Below, piece by piece: positions 1 to 12,530 of a stretch of DNA of 64,000 nt (position 1 is the first letter of the stretch; each line of letters opens with the position of its first letter). This DNA comes from Octopus sinensis. Its lineage: Eukaryota. The position numbers and the translations under genes were made by a program. Below the pieces are notes generated by a model that did no database searches, was not told the DNA's origin, and saw nothing but the letters and a program-made list of their open reading frames with translations. The stretch spans positions 67,022,001 through 67,086,000 of the forward strand of contig NC_043005.1 in the NCBI RefSeq assembly GCF_006345805.1, in the 5' to 3' direction.

Positions 1-158
1 TTCATAAAACATTTGCTCTCTGATTGATTGATATTGTCATTTATTTATTCATGTATGCAGTAAATAAATTTCAGTCGCTTTGTGCATATTTGTGTCGTAG
101 AAGGAAACAATTTAAGTACAAACACAGACCTAGTTATTTGCTTATTTATTTAATCATT

Positions 159-345
<187 letters not shown>

Positions 346-3300
346 AGGAATGCATGTCTGCCTCTCTATATACATCTGTATAGGTATATACGCTTATATA
401 TATATATATATACATTTGTGATTGGATGCGCAAAGATGTGCACGTCCGTGCATACGCACCACACAAATACATATATCTTTACGCATTCGTATACGTGTAT
501 ACATATATACACCATATACATTGATAGAATAGTTACTGTACTACGTCTGTGGAATAGTTAATCGTCGCTGAATAGATTTCTTATTACATGTATGCCATAA
601 ACATGGAGACTGAATGTGAGGCTAAAGAATACAAATGTTATTTGGATTGATGCAGTGTTTATTCCTTTTAAATTCTGTAAACTTTGTGTGCTACGGAGAC
701 AGTACTTTGTTTTATTATAGGTATTTATTACTACAATAACATATATTACTACAATAACATTTTAGTTGTGTGTCTATGTCTCTCTCGGGCTGACCATGAA
801 CTTCAAAAATAATTTGACCTGACAGTTCATCGTAATGTGTGTGTTTGTGCGTGTCTATGTGTCTCTGTGTCTTTGTTTGTATGCAGTATATACTTATGTG
901 TTGGAATATTTACTTTGACGCTTTCTTTTCGAGATCAATACATGCACCTTCCATTATTTATCTTGCAGTGTATATGTGTGTAAGGTAAATGGTGTTGCGG
1001 GACAATTTGTTTTCTTTCTTGAAATGATATATATTCTATAAATACAGAAAATCATTCATCTTCTCTACACGACGTTTTTTTTCTTTCGTTGAAGACAATT
1101 TCTTTTCGGTGAAAGCTATTTTTCTTGATCAAGTAAGCATTTTCTTTATTACTGTATCCATATCAGCATGAAAGTAGATACGGTAGACAAATTTGTTTCA
1201 ACTAAGAGCAAGCTGTTAACTAATATAAGTCATCTCTACTATACAATATAGTATCTATTCAAAATACTTTTTTTCTTTTTCTATTCATTTGCATTAAGGA
1301 TATAGCAGGACTATTGGAAAGTAAAACAGCTGGAGACAGACAAAAACGCTATCGATAAAAGAGAAAAGCGGACACAGCGAGACAATATAAAAAATAGAGA
1401 AGTATAATCGATAGCAAGTCGAGAATCCCAACGTGACCGAAATTAATTGATGCGCAGTGATGAAGATACTCTGGCATAGATATAACAGGCAACAGCACTC
1501 TTTGCCATTCATTATGGTATACGTCTACACATATTACAAAGAAAGTAGCGTAAGTGGTATATTGCAATCGTCAAGAAATGCGAGCGATGAAATGTATAGT
1601 ATGTTTACTTCAGTAGCACGGAAAACATATTCCCTTTCATGTTATCATATGTTAATGAAGATGTATTAGAAGAACTGGACAGTTATTCTGTTGATAATTT
1701 CCTGGAAGTAAACATATATCAGATGCATCAGCAGTCGTACGAATGTAATTTATCATCAGTGCCAAGCGAATCAGTGAATTGAGAAGCTAAAGTTCATCAA
1801 CCACAAATTCCATCTAAATCGAAATGTTAGCCAGAATGATTGATTTGTTATTCACATCAACTCTGAAATTCGTCAAAACAGTCAATGTTAAAATACAGCA
1901 ATACACTTCGATTCAACTGGGCAAAGTATTATACGAAGCTAACATCAAACAGAATAGGTCCTAGCGATTTCATTCCTGACCCCAATCAAAATGTCTCACT
2001 TGCCACCAAGTCCAACAAAATTCATTTTTACACTGATGATGATGACATTCCTCTTCATTCCCTATAATTTTCACCAACAATGGAGAGTTGCGCCTGCTCG
2101 GTGATATTACAACTGTACTAAGGTAGTACAATAATTTGACTTATTAATTGTGCCTAGAATGAATGGTTTGACGAGAATTAGACTGTCTCTTACAGCCAAG
2201 AATCTTCCCACCATAACAATACTGACTCCACGAGCAAAAACCTGAAAGCAATGTTTAATGGGGATACATCAGACGTTTTCTTCAGTAACAGTATGAAGAG
2301 TAAATCGTTAATTATATCAAGAAAATATAATCACACTACCCAACTAGGGACCTCAAAATCGCTTTGGTTTCTGGGTACCACCATGGCCGAAATTGCCTCC
2401 TGTGGAAGAATATCGTTGTAGGGGATCGCATCACAAAACATTATTTAGTGCTCATTGATTACTGAAATCCTCTAAAGCCTGGGTGAGTTCTATAATCAAG
2501 TATTAATCTCACAACTACGAAAGCTGCTACAGATAGTGAAGCTAATGTAGACAGACAACCAAGATCTCATCCAGAATACAGGTCGCCCGGCGACTGGCTT
2601 TCTATACTTCGCTCAGTGCATTGGAGATGAGTGGGATTTTGCGACTTCGACTGAGACATTCTTGCACATTCATCTTCTTTTCATTCTGACCTGTTGTGTC
2701 GAACCGCCTAGGACCGTACTTAACACTACATATTATTCTTACATAACACCTCGTCAGCTTGTGTAATGTTTTCTCTGCACACGACTTTCCCAAACGATAA
2801 TGATTTGTGAATGCTGGAGAACAATCATATAATCGATGTCAGCTGGGTAGGAAGGCATGCGGAAGACACAAGGACTCCCCTTCGCTAAAGACCAAATAAT
2901 TAACAGAAAGGGCATATATTGATCATCTTCGTTTGGGGAAAGAACCCATTATGATCAGATCCTGGCGGAGACAAGAATCTATCATACTGAGTTCTTTGTC
3001 CAACGTACATCTATATTATAGGCGTTTAAAATGGCCAGTCTATATGCACTGTGTTACATTTGAATGAATAGATTATTATTTTTAGAAAACCTGTTGTATA
3101 AATATTCACTTGCACGAACGTTTGGATACCAAGCATCAATTTGCTTTGCACTCGTAACGTGTAGCAATTCAATTAGGTCATTTGTTGATGTTATACAAAT
3201 ATGATGAACCCACAGTTTCTGAAATGAGAGCTGTTTTACATGAAACTATTAGTAGAAATAGGAGTGAATATCCTATCCTGAGAATGTTTTACCCAAGTAT

Positions 3301-4210
3301 GATGTTGGATTTCCGCCAAAGATTCGACTTCAACCCGTAATATAATCTATTACAGTTTCTTATTCTATGCCATGGAGGGGATGATGCATAACACACGATA
3401 ATCAAACATATCGAGAAAAACACCAGACAATATAGCATATGGACTATCACACGTATGATGTACCAACGTGTTGTTTTGAAAGTTGCACGTTCGAATGATA
3501 ACCACTGCAAAAACTACTGCAAAAGTACAGACGGCGGCTTTCAGCAGATTCAACGTATTCAGTGAGTAGTAGAATCATCATTTTATCAAATTTTCGAGAC
3601 TATCGATTGTGCTCATAGCCGTATTGATATAGACTTCTGGATTGTGACTCTGCATTCACAAAGTCGAACATAGTCATAAGGAATACGAATTCAATTGGCA
3701 TTGTTGCACAAGTCTAGGTGCATTAAAACCTACGATATCTATAAGATTTTACACAACCTTGAATTTAACATTTTAAATGTTGCTTGAAATTACGAAGACT
3801 GAATCTAAACTGATTATATATATATTGAAACTGTTAAGGATATACGCAAAAAGTCATGAAAGACAGAAGTTTCCTTAAACTGTTGGAAATCATTGCGAAG
3901 TCATCACCTGTGTAAAATTTGTTGTTTTAAATGGGATTGGTAAATGAGATAATATTTTCAGAAGGCTAGTCAAATATATTAACTCACATAAAAGAATAGT
4001 TTTCGGTTTGATTTTCAAACCGTGATGTACATAAACGTGAACCACATTTGCAACAATAAAGTACTTTGTCATCTATATAGCATTTGATTTCATTTGGTAA
4101 TCTCTTTCATTGTACAATTAGAGATTCAATGACAAAGTGCAACATTGTGCGCAAGACTAATCTTTTTAATATTCTGATTAACTTCTGAAAATTGCTGAGA
4201 TAACCTACCG

Positions 4211-4261
4211 GTTTGTGTGTGTTTGTGTATTTGTGCGTGTTTGTGTGTATGTGTATGCGTT

Positions 4262-4302
<41 letters not shown>

Positions 4303-4310
4303 CAGTGTAT
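4211..4310. repeat. (GT)n microsatellite
   Basis: Direct reading. Confidence 0.95.
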
Positions 4311-4510
4311 GTATATTTATAGAAATACAAATTATTTTCCGATGGCCCAGGTATCTCCAAAAGGTTACTTTAAGCACAGACGTATATGCTGAAGCATGTT
4401 TTAAACAGCATTTGATATTGCTGTAGTATTTTAACAGGCAGCTGCATTTCGCAAATTTTGTTTTAGACTTATTAACCATTCTCTAATGCAGTTTCCATTG
4501 ACAGGAATCT

Positions 4511-4515
<5 letters not shown>

Positions 4516-4591
<76 letters not shown>

Positions 4592-4607
4592 CATATATAT
4601 ATGTACA

Positions 4608-4658
<51 letters not shown>

Positions 4659-4681
4659 TCATATATATATATACATATATA

Positions 4682-4748
<67 letters not shown>

Positions 4749-4791
4749 GCATGTATGTATGTATGTATGTATATATGTATACATATATATA
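4516..4791. repeat. (TA)n/(TATG)n compound microsatellite
   Basis: Direct reading. Confidence 0.97.
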
Positions 4792-5801
4792 CCTTTGATA
4801 TAAAAAAACAACCAGCAAATGCAGTTCTAGATCTAGAATGGTTCCGTGCGGCAAATATCGTAATGTACCAAGTATGAAGCTATCGACCACAAATTTCGTG
4901 ATCTATTGTTAAAGGGTCTAATATTTCGTGGCAAGATTATGCCGCATGTCGATGGTGCTCGATAAATGCTTCCTATCTACTATAATGCAAACAGATATAA
5001 CTGATTTCGCATTTTAGAAGAAAGAGGTGGAAGTGAAGCTTCTCATGAAACTGCTGCTACGTGATTATAGTGAAGGTATTTGACCGATTTCTAAATCTTA
5101 CTGTTGAAGGTAGGAAACACCCGAATTTTGATGACAAGATTTATCTTCGAAAGCGCTTGATTAAAATTCCTGAAATAATCGATTCCTGTGATAGTTCATT
5201 CCTGCAATAATTACAATTACACGATCAAGTTGCTAAACAGCTGTATCCTGTTCTTGGAAAAATTAAGTTGTAATGCAATTGCGAAATTTAAATGAATTTT
5301 GAATTGAAGAAAATTTCAAATAACACATTTCGTGATCTCCTGTAGTAAAACGGAATAGTAACAGAAGAACGCATGTCAAACAAGATGTCATTCTACCAAG
5401 TGTTTAACTGAGACCGTTTAACATCACTCTGCTATTTACTCTTGCACTGTAAGAGATTCCAATTCTAGAGGCTTTCGCAATTATAGTAAATAAACTAAAA
5501 TGTCTTTGAACGTGTAACTTAATTCTTTTCTTCGAAAGAGTTGTAATTTGCATGGATAATTTTATGTTGCTCTGCCATGATCTTCACAATGTTATTTAGC
5601 TATAGAGACAATGTCACAAAATGTCACTGACATTGTGCAGTGATGTTTTCTTACATTTTTTTATCATACACACATACAAAAGTGTTCCGTCGTCTATTGT
5701 AATCCAGTTGTATTGTCATTCACCATAACAATAACTAGCGACACATGGTATCTGCGAAACAAGACCATGCACATTTAAATATGTATATTTACACACACAT
5801 T

Positions 5802-5913
5802 GTGAAGTCACATGGCTCAGTGGTTAGAGCGTCGAACTTACGATCGTGAGGTTGTGAGTTCGAATCCCAGACCGGGTTGCGTGTTGTTTTCTTGAGTAAG
5901 ACCCTTTATTTCA
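5802..5913 (+). mobile_element. tRNA-derived SINE, 5' part (interrupted by a LINE)
   Basis: A box TGGCTCAGTGG (5813-5823), B box GTTCGAATCC (5858-5867), then CORE-like CTTGAGTAAGACCCTTTATTTCA; the element resumes at 7245. Confidence 0.85.
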
Positions 5914-7154
5914 GCAAGATGTTCGAAACCATCCTTAAGAAAAGTATGATGCTCCACCTCCTAAACACAGCCTTTATCTCTGATTCCCAACACGGCTTCG
6001 TGCCAAAGAGATCATGCTTGACCAACCTACTAGTAATGGAAGAATTGGTGACGCGCATCCTCGATGATAGTGATGCTGTTGACATCGTTTTACTGGACTT
6101 TGCCAAAGCTTTTGACTCGGTAAACCACCACCTATTGCTTGTCAAGCTTCAAGCATATAGTTTCCATCCGGATATTGTACGATGGGTTGGTGCCTTCCTC
6201 TCAGATCGCTCCTTCCAAGTCCAAGTTAATGGTTTGCGGTCCGACGTCTCCAGTGCGAGCAGTGGCGTGCCTAAAGGTTCAGTGCTTGGGCCCTTGTTGT
6301 TCTTAGTCTTCATAAATGACTTGCCCGACGACCTCACGCAACACACCCTTCTATTTGCCGACGATATGAAACTGGTCGCTCCTCGCGGTAATATAGAGGA
6401 TCTTCGTCGATGCCTCCACCAAATTTGGAAGTGGTCTAACAATTGGGACCTGTGTCTGAACGTGTCAAAGTGCTGTCATCTGCCTGTCGGCTCTACTCCT
6501 GCAACTCAACTTGATTTCGAGCCGGGTCGTCTGCTGCTGGAGAGGACCGATCAGGTAAAGGACCTAGATATCTTGGTGGATTCCTCCTTTTCGCCTTCGG
6601 CCCAGTGCGTCCATGCTGCCAACAAAGCACGCGAAATTCTGTTCTTGATTCGACGGTCATTAGGAATGCTCACAGCAGCCATATTCCTACCATTCTATGT
6701 CACGCTGGTGAGACCCATATTGGAGTATGGGATTCAAGCCTCTTCTCCTTATCTCCTCAAAGACATACAGCATCTCGAACGAGTCCAGAAGCTGGCTACC
6801 CGCATGGTTCATGGTCTCAAAAATTTGTCCTACGAAGAAAGGCTGAGGACGCTCGACCTGTATTCTCTTGAAAAACGCCGCCGCCGTGGTGATCTCATTC
6901 TCGCCCACAACATCATAAGCGGAAAGTGTAACCTCTCGAAAGAGCTGTTCTTCACTCCTGCTCCAGAGCGTCGGCTGCGAGGTCATTCCGAAAAGCTCTA
7001 CCTGCGACGATTTCATCTCAATCGAAGGAGAGGAGCTTTCTCCGTCCGGGTTGCGGATCCGTGGAACAAGCTGCCAGACGAGATGGTGAAGATGCCGACG
7101 ACCGCTTTGTTCAAAGCCTCCCTTGACCTCAAGTGGCCTGAACTCTTTACATGA
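5914..7154 (+). CDS. Non-LTR retrotransposon reverse transcriptase plus C-terminal domain (CR1 group), N-terminally truncated
   Basis: Stop-free frame (track ORF 5877..7154) with QHGF, LDFAKAFDSVNH, SGVPKGSVLGPLLF, FADD, LVRPILEY, LERVQKLATRMV, RRRGDLI, FSVRVADPWNKLP. Confidence 0.9.
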
Positions 7155-7238
7155 ACACCACCCTGTACTTAACTCCATGTCCCCCTACATGGCCTTGCTA
7201 TTTGCTTTTGAGCCAAATTAACTAACTAACTAACTAAC
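5914..7238 (+). mobile_element. 5'-truncated CR1-group LINE, young insertion with (TAAC)n tail and ATTTCA TSD
   Basis: RT ORF, short 3' UTR and (TAAC)5 tail at 7219-7238; ATTTCA at 5908-5913 and 7239-7244. Confidence 0.92.
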
Positions 7239-7244
7239 ATTTCA

Positions 7245-7468
7245 CGTTGCTCCAGTTCACTCAGATGTAGAAAGGAGTTGCAACGTCACAGGTACCAAGC
7301 TGTATCCGCTGTTGCCTTTCCCTTGGATAACACTGGTGGCGTGGAGAGGGAAGGTCGGTATGCATGGCCGACTGCTGGTCTTCCATAAACAAACTTGCCC
7401 GGCCTTGTGCCTGGGAGGATAACTTTCTAGGTGCAATCCCACGGTCAGTCATGACCGAAGGGGGTCTC
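7245..7468 (+). mobile_element. tRNA-derived SINE, 3' part
   Basis: Continues CGTTGCTCCAGTTCACTCAG; the uninterrupted junction ATTTCATGTTGCTCCA occurs in a related copy at 13967-13982; terminal hairpin CGGTCA-GTCA-TGACCG. Confidence 0.8.
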
Positions 7469-7790
7469 GAAAACACACACATACACAAATAGGCATGTAT
7501 GTGTTCGCGCGCGCGTGGGTATGCCATATTGGAGACAACGTAGTGCGAAGAAACTGACTAAACGTCTTCGTTTGTAACAAAAATTAAAGTCGTATTCATA
7601 CTTTTGAATAGGTTCGTTCTGAAATTCAGTATTAATTGCTTCGGCAGTGACAGTTCGATCTGCTAATTTTTTTTCCTCAAGAAATCGGTAGGACTGAAAC
7701 TTACAAATGCGTAATTACAAACATACATACAGACAGACATATACACACACAACCGCGCACACACACATGCACACACACATAGTTCGCAGC

Positions 7791-8222
7791 CTGCAGATCC
7801 AATCCATCACTGGAACTGTACAAATCTGCAAAAATTTCCAGAGGCTTATCAATTAAATATACATGTGCATGTCTAGATATGCAACTATATACGCGAGAAT
7901 ACATACACAAAGTAAAACATACAAATCTGCATATACAAAGAGAATACGTACGCTGAGCTACTGAGAAATCTGCAGTTACTCTATCCAGGTTATCCTGGAA
8001 TTATTGGATCGCCGGTATATGGAACACACTTCCTAAATAGTAATCTTAAGAAATGTGGGTTTTCAAAATTAGATAGGAAAAAGCTAATTCGAAGACTACA
8101 GATCCAATCCACCACTGGAACTGTACAAATATGTACAGGAGTTTAGCATTTAAATAAATATGAGCATGTTGAGATATGCGACTATATTCATGGGAATACA
8201 TACACAAAGATAAACATACAAC
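7791..8222. repeat. Diverged ~130 bp direct duplication (7791-7924 / 8096-8222)
   Basis: Both copies read CAGATCCAATCCA(T/C)CACTGGAACTGTACAAAT...GAATACATACACAAAG..AAACATACAA. Confidence 0.85.
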
Positions 8223-8695
8223 TCATTATCTATACATACATTCATACAAACAAAAAAAATATCATGTTGTTGATGTTGAAATTCCAGTGAAAGAGCCTTG
8301 GATCTCGGTTAGAAACCGACTCTTTCTTTATTGGCAAGACTTCTTCAAATAAAACCGAACAATGCAATACATACACATAGGGAGACAAATGTCTAGACGT
8401 AACTTATTTATTTACAGCTTCAAGTGTCCCCTTTACAGCTCGTCAGATAAAGGGGGTTAATTTGTAAACGTAAGAAGTTTATCGGGTATATTTAGCATTC
8501 CGCATGTCAACTGAACGAAAGGCAACTACTTTCGGTAAGAAACTTTGTGTTATGGCACCGTTTACAATTCACATCATGATTTTCACTGGTGTATATACTA
8601 AAACATATCCACCAGTAGCTATATCCACCACGTCCTGCTATTTTGTAAAATCTAAACAAAAGCACAAAAGTTTGTATATGTATGTATATGCACAA

Positions 8696-8710
8696 ATATA
8701 TATATATATT

Positions 8711-8759
<49 letters not shown>

Positions 8760-8772
8760 TGTGTGTGTGTGT

Positions 8773-8815
<43 letters not shown>
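8696..8815. repeat. (TA)n(TG)n microsatellite
   Basis: Direct reading. Confidence 0.95.
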
Positions 8816-8817
<2 letters not shown>

Positions 8818-11780
8818 GTGTACACTCGCACACTCGAGCGCTCGCACGTGAGTACAAACACGCTCTGAGTACAACCCCGTTTACTGTTGCCCTCTGCATT
8901 TTCACTATAGCGCTCTTTTTTCTTACAGATAGTATTTCATGGAGGGGAGAATTACATGAAAAAATGTCCCTCTATATATTTTACTTATATCTTAATTACT
9001 TTATTGTGAAAATGTGTTCCAATATTTAGTTATGTTAGAAAAACATAAGGGATCAAATCATACTGAAAAAATATATAATGCACAACTTGTTCAAACTGAT
9101 TTACCTTAGAGGAACAGAATCGCCTTTCAACTTGTCTTCTTGTTTGAACCATTCTCACCTTAAGCACTTGTTCTGTGATTCTATTTTCGTATTATAGTTG
9201 CTTCCTTTTCTCCAATACCACCAGTGACCTCTATGTTCGCGCTCATACATTGTGGCCTCCTATCTTTTAGTTTCCTCATATTCCTGTTGATTTTTTTCTT
9301 TCCTTGTATATTGCCTCCATCGCTTCTCTAACTGACTCTCGTGTTTGTTTTCTTTTCATATTCCATTTTGTTGAACCGGACATTTGCGGGAGTATAACAT
9401 GATAATAACATTTCTTAATGGTTAGTGGAAAAAAGGCAACCACGAGCGCTGAAACTTTATCTAAGCCTTTGCGGAATAGCATTATATAGCATGTATATTT
9501 GAAAATGGTGAGACGATAGAAACCTACTGAATGCATGAGGTAGCTGAAGACATCTTTAAACGTAAATAAATCGAGTATCACATGCGTTCAAACTAATTAG
9601 TCATTTCATTGGCAATGGTGTACGTTGGTCCTTTGATCACAATGGAAAAGCATAGAGTATATTCACAAATTTTCAAAACGATGAGGATATTAATCCAGAA
9701 AAAATAACATACATTGATATGATTATTCCAGTGAGTGGTATAGTATACTTTGTGTATGTCTCTCCATTCAACCTTCAAATACTGACACATATATCTCAGT
9801 TGAAGAAGCTACTTCTTATTCTAAATTGATCTCTTAGTTTCTGTAACCAAATTTGGTTCTACAATTTTGTTTGAAAATGCTAGTTTTGAAAAGAAAATCT
9901 TAAGTATAGATAAGATCAAAAGTCGCTAACTTGCAAACTTATATGAACAGGAAGAATAGAATCTATGAAATATTAGAGAACCCTTGACCCGTTGGGTCAC
10001 CGGAAAACTCTATGTTTCCCAGCAACGTGGTTTTGTTACGTGCTTATTTTTGTGGTTTATTTTTCTTTTTTCCTTTCCAGTTTACTCTGCATCCTTTCAA
10101 CGAATGTGACATCGAAATCACGCATAAACGGCGTCTTTCCATAACAAAGAAAAATTTGGCTGCTATGTCTTGCACGTCCTGCTATCACGTAACAGGTTTC
10201 CAACGGGTCTTTTACGAAATATTTACCGTATTTTTTAAGTCATTTTAAACTTAGAAAACTTTTTAAATATACCAAAATATTTTTGTAATGGTATTCACTT
10301 GAAAAAATTTTAAGAGTCATTTAAATATTGTCTGTTTAAAGAAAGGTGAGATATAAATACTTATTGTACAAATTACTTACAGTTTTGAAATGGCATTCAC
10401 TTAAAAATATTTCTAAATGTTTAAAATATTGTAGAACATAAGCGAAAAGAAGATCATTACCTGTCAAAAGATAAAAAATCGTAAGTTTTCGTTGTCACCT
10501 CACTGTCTAACCGGAAGCTAAGAGTTTCTTCCCTTTCAGGATGAAGATTATTTTCAGAATATTCTCCCATTATGCAGTTTTGGCTATTTATATCCCGAAA
10601 ATCTCTAATATTTCGAAAACCACTTTAGCGATTTCGTGAAATTTGTTTTATTCTGTTCGTATTAACATTTCAGGATAAACTTAATTCTTAGTATTTTGCC
10701 ATTAGGCGTCAGTTTGACTGAATAACATTGCAAGAAAACAAGATTCAGTCAGAATTTTACTAGTATATAGATAATCATTCGATATGGGAAACGCGGTTTC
10801 AAATAACGACATGAGAAAAGAATACAAACATATTCACACATTCACACACATACACACACATCCGCACACATAGGCACACAAACCACACATGTACACACGC
10901 ACGCAAACAATACATACACGCAAATGCATACACACACATATATACCTGGGTGACAGAAAGAGAGATAGATAGAAAGAAAGAAAAGGAGTTGAATATTTTA
11001 TCGGAACATAGTAGAACAGAAACGACTGCCAATACTACAGATATGTTGAATTGAAGATGTGAGTCCAATGAAAATTCTATTATTTCACACAATGAAAATG
11101 TCTGAGAATGGTCAGCGACGTCTGTGGTATTCGGTTTATAGCCATTTTCAGGATACAACATAATATTGATGATAATAATAATAATGAAAAATAATTGATA
11201 ATCAAAAGAAAAAATAATCAGAAATAAATTACAGTGAATGAATAGCAATTGCATTGGTGAGGATAAGAAAATTGAAATAAGCCAAATAACATTAAAAAAT
11301 ACACGTACGAATTGATATCTATTGATATGGTCAGCTTTATTAAGAGTGATATTTATATTGTTAATGGTTCATGATAGTAAAATTGAGTATGAAAATAAGA
11401 AAATATAATTATGCCTGAGATGGAATTATTAAAGCTAATACTGCTTAAATAAATAAATGCAAAATAGGAACAATTTTAAATGTAAATGTGATTGTATACC
11501 AGATTTGTATTGAGTCGGATGGCTTATCTCAATATTAGTGAATATCTTATCCGTTTTCTTTTAATCAGAGGCAACATATCTCGTCTAGTCATGTATCAGA
11601 TTGAGTACAGATCAGTGATAATGTACAACTAGGCCAAAAGGAATCTGCTGTTTTCCCTAGTCACCTTTCCTTTTAAACGCAGAGAACCCATAAGTGATGT
11701 TATTTCGGACGAATGTTGCAGTAACCCGAATATCAACGTTTTGTATACATTAAGTATGATACACAGAATGCTATAATAAT

Positions 11781-11980
11781 GATTTGATTTTGTCACAGGG
11801 CCCATAATTTCATGGTAGGGGGTCGGCCCAAAGTACTCAGGTGATACATATTTTATCGACCCGAAATGGGTGAAATGCAAAATGGATTTTGCCAAGATTT
11901 GAAATCAGAACGTTAAAACAGGCGAAACACAGCTAACCATTTTGATTGTCATGCTAACGATCCTACCAGCTCGCCGCCTT
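11781..11980 (-). mobile_element. SINE family A monomer (tail B), old copy
   Basis: Reverse complement of the GGCGGCGAGCTGG head and CCTTTCATCC..GGTCGATAAAA core; flanked by GCTATAATAAT (11770-11780, 11988-11998). Confidence 0.8.
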
Positions 11981-12029
11981 ATACGCGGCTATAATAATAT
12001 TTATAGAATTGTTTAAAGAATGATTTGTT

Positions 12030-12530
12030 AAAATATAATTCTGAAATATGCATGGATGAATAATAAGTGTTCCAGCTAGTTGTTAAAACCAACAGTGTTT
12101 ATAGGATTTGGGTTGCCAAACTATATTGCCACGCGGTTCATCCATTCCTACTTCTTTTCTTTTCACTTTACTTATCTGACAATTATGGTTTGGAAAGAAC
12201 TATTTCCAATCTCGTCTACCCTATAAATCAAAGCCCTTGTGATCTTGTATGAAATCAATAATACTAGTATTTCCAAATCATTTATTCAATAAATCGATAT
12301 CACTAATTCTTCAATATCAGCTAGCAGTATATTGCGTTCCACTCTTACATTCTGTATGTTTTCTAACCACAATGTAATATCATTAAAATGAGTGGGTGTA
12401 ATATTGCAAAGGCGTATAAATCCACAAGGCCAAATTCGCAAATATTGACTTTGCTTCGTAGTATATTTTATGATACATAAGTATTTAAGTGAAATCATCA
12501 CACTACTGATGAGGGAAATGAAATAATACC
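12030..12530 (+). mobile_element. Decayed Penelope-like element 3' region (GIY-YIG remnant and CTGATGAG motif)
   Basis: Remnants C.MNNKC..LVVK...FIG and ..PCDL..; ACTGATGAGGG at ~12505. Confidence 0.4.

Larger units (their letters stand above)
2400..5300 (+). pseudogene. Decayed parvovirus/densovirus NS1-like (HUH endonuclease + SF3 helicase) endogenous viral element, split by an insertion at ~3890-4800
   Basis: Manual translation across stops and frameshifts gives, in order: FLYFAQC..LHIHLLF (2599-2682; HUH motif II-like); FYQIFETIDCAHSRI then LLDCDSAFTKSNIV (3581-3675; degenerate Walker A context); VA*NYED..IETVKDI..TEVSLN (3779-3880; Walker B/B'); [12 protein letters not shown] (4835-4870; motif C-like); ..MPHV..LPIYY. 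Order and spacing resemble NS1, but the catalytic residues are eroded. Confidence 0.5.

Noticed and set aside
4330-4430. Tc1-like peptide remnant (KVTLSTDVYAEACFKQHL) inside the EVE insert
   Set aside because: Too short, with no TIRs or catalytic residues visible.
5802-5880. tRNA gene (also 28470-28550 and 29910-29983)
   Set aside because: A and B boxes are present, but there is no closing acceptor stem and each continues into a SINE body; these are tRNA-derived SINE heads.
6687-7178. 163 aa antisense ORF over the RT
   Set aside because: Shadow ORF expected in GC-richer coding sequence; no recognisable motifs.
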